Below are positions 61,511 through 64,000 of a stretch of 64,000 nt of DNA, piece by piece. Position numbers and translations under genes: made by a program. Each line of letters begins with the position of its first letter. The first letter of the stretch is position 1. The stretch is taken from NCBI RefSeq assembly GCF_036321535.1, contig NC_087442.1, positions 35,526,001 through 35,590,000 of the forward strand, written 5' to 3'. Below the pieces are notes generated by a model. The model worked only from the letters and a program-made list of their open reading frames with translations, was not told where the DNA came from and ran no database searches. Origin of the DNA: Camelus dromedarius. Lineage: Eukaryota.

Positions 61511-63039
61511 TACTTGACTACAGAATTCTTATTTTCATTGAACACACACATAGCACTTTGGGAAAAGCTTTTTCAAAAATATAGCATTACATAAGAAAAT
61601 CATTAGGCATATTTATTTTGATAAGATTATTTCCATTCTTAAGAAAATGAATGTGACAAATATATTAATGCAGCATAGACTAGCCTATGCCAACTAACCT
61701 AACACCTCTACCTTCACAGGGAAAGGAATGGAGATGAATGAATCAAAAGCCTCCCTGAAAAGCAAAGAAAAATGTTTTTCTCTATATCTTAGATCTATGT
61801 GGGCCTATATTCCTGATCTATGTGTCAGGGAATGAGAATTAGTATTACCTAAATTATACGAATGAATACAAATAGCCAAATAGTACACAATAGCAAACAC
61901 CAGTTCATTCCACTTCTAATGATGAAATATGTAATATAATGTAGAAAAATGCTAAGTAAAACTCATTTAAAACAAGAAAATGTTTTTGCTCGTTTAAATA
62001 ATTATCTACACATTAATTTATTTAGTGGTAACTAGAAGTAAATTGTTAAATACCAGCAGAGGATTTTAATGACTTTTTCCTAATATGTGTAATGAATCAT
62101 GTAATTCTTTGACTATTATTATGCAGAATTATATTTAAATAATAGGAAAATAAGCTTAAAGAATTAAATATTAAAAGTCTTTGATTTAAACTGCCAATTT
62201 AATGAGTGATAATTACATGTATCGTAATCCAAAACAGACTACCATGAGGCATCCTTGGGATGTCAGCAGCGTAAGTTGGTGGGGCAAAGGTGAAAACAGT
62301 AAGTTGGCAGGGCCAAGGCTAAGGGAAATAATGCAGGTGTAGATTTGACTCCCCACAGGCCAGTAGTTAAAAATTCAAAGGCAGTATTCAAATAAATGAG
62401 GAAAACTGAGGTTTGACTGAAGCAGGATGGGGCAGAACAGAAAGGGGTGGGTGCAAGAGATTTGATCAGGTAAATGGGTCATGGTAGTAACCAATCTTCA
62501 TGCAAAAAAAGAAAAAATATATATATACACATATATATAAAATAGTCTTGACTTTGATGAAGAAGACTCAAATCTCTAATTTAGTGAATGCCATTTAGCA
62601 AATAATTTCCCTCTTAAAATGCCTACATAATGATAAATACAAACTATTCAAAGATATTTTGATATGTAGATGTTGGATAGGTGGCTAGGCCTACTTACTA
62701 CCTAAATGACTATATCCTGAATAATAGACTAGTAAAGTATGCAATTCAATTTTGTACCTCAGAAAAATCATAAATTATTATATTATGGAACTTCAGAGTC
62801 TATCCCAAATAGTTGAAACCATAAACATTAAAGCTACCAATGCCAAGATTCTACAGTATTTAAGGTGAGGTTGGTTCCTAATGCAAACAAAAATTCAGCC
62901 AAACATTTGGGGGTACAAAGAGAAGAGTCCAATCCTCTTTAAAAATATCTACTGGTAAACAAAAGACCATAAAGGAAGGAAAAATGTACCAATGAAGTTT
63001 TTTTAAGTTTTAATATTCAACTGTTTGTAATACATACAT

Positions 63040-63477
63040 CCTTCCCCTCTATCCTCCTAACTCCTCTCTAATAGAGCACCTTTTTCTCCAGATATCAACA
63101 CTTTTCCAGGAGACCATGAGTTTTAGGGGAGAATGGCTCCAGCCCCAGCGCGTGGTGACCATATTCCCCTTGTTAATGACTGGTTTGGGTGTAAACATAT
63201 AACAGCATGGAAACTTTCTAGCCAATAAGATAGGAGGGAAAGTTTTTTGAGGGTATTCTAGAGAGGGTTTCAATGCTCATAACAGCCATCAGGATGAGCC
63301 AACACAGAGATCAGAGCCAAAATGGCTACAAAGAAGCAAACCAGATTCCTGGCAAAAACCACTCCTGAAGCTGCCTGACCTCTAGATTCCTTGTTAGAGA
63401 AGACAATAAGCTTTGTATTGCTTAAGTAAATTTAATTTAGGAGTTTTATATTATTTGCAGGCATCCTAACTGATACA
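63040..63477 (+). mobile_element. MaLR LTR (MLT1J/K-like)
   Basis: Ends 'ttatttgcaggcatcctaactgataca'; internal 'caggatgagccaacacaga', 'cctgaagctgcctgacctctagattcc'. Confidence 0.75.
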
Positions 63478-63482
63478 CTAGG

Positions 63483-64000
63483 TTTTTTTTTTTTTACTTT
63501 AAAAATATACTAATGTAGAAAAAATGCATTCATAAACATAAATCAAAACATAACAGCTTGATGTAAAATGCAAAGTTAGTCTTCCCTGGCCTCCCAGTCC
63601 TACTCCTCAGAAATCATGCTACCAGTGTCTGTTAGTAGATCTTCTGGTCGTTGCCATTAAGGTTGAAAACAATATACTTAAATCACTGGTCTTTATTTGT
63701 TAACTTTAGACAGAATAAATTGATTACCTACCATGAAAGATGATAGAATTAGTACACTAAGCTTTCTCCTCTCCTTTCGCCTTCCATTTCTCAAAGTGAG
63801 GTACATTTCACGTCATTATCCAATAAATATAATTAAATCTTTTGTGTTTATAGATTGATTGAAAAACATTTATAACACGATTATGTAAACAAATTCGTGG
63901 TAAACTGAGTAATTAGATCCATAAAAGAAACAATACCCTTGTTTTCCAAATGAGAAATTCCCAAATGTCAAATCCTAATGTAAGCTCTCAATTTCTTTCT
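63483..64000 (-). mobile_element. Old L1 (L1ME/L1MC-like) 3' fragment running to the window end
   Basis: Poly-T, 'aaaatgcaaagttagtcttccc...ctcccagtcctactcctcaga'. Confidence 0.5.

Overview
Mammalian nuclear DNA, AT-rich and CpG-poor, intronic or intergenic in character. It is most likely from a camelid (camel, alpaca or llama), inferred from a camelid-type tRNA-derived SINE at ~24.2 kb and camelid-type L1 3' ends. I find no intact protein-coding gene, RNA gene or CRISPR array. The ORF track is essentially noise, apart from L1 ORF2 remnants. Much of the window is recognisable repeats: L1, L2, MIR, MaLR/MLT1, hAT MITEs and ERV1 LTRs. The main structure is a nested ERV complex at 24.6-32.9 kb. 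A MER34/MER4-group-like non-autonomous provirus (PBS-Leu-like site, AT-rich non-coding interior, decayed env TM, PPT, truncated LTRs) was hit by four later LTR insertions. One of these landed 6 bp inside the end of another, and both target-site duplications are readable. Other points of interest: a CpG-rich solo LTR with a perfect 5-bp TSD (18.9-19.3 kb); a candidate minus-strand first coding exon (ATG GCT GAA G|GTAAGT at 272-263); a CpG-retaining unique segment at 37.0-37.7 kb; and six N-runs that look like length-preserving computational masks rather than gaps, two of which may hide conserved elements. I did not find convincing evidence of a wholly new biological system. Repeat family names are from memory of consensus sequences, and boundaries without a stated TSD are approximate.
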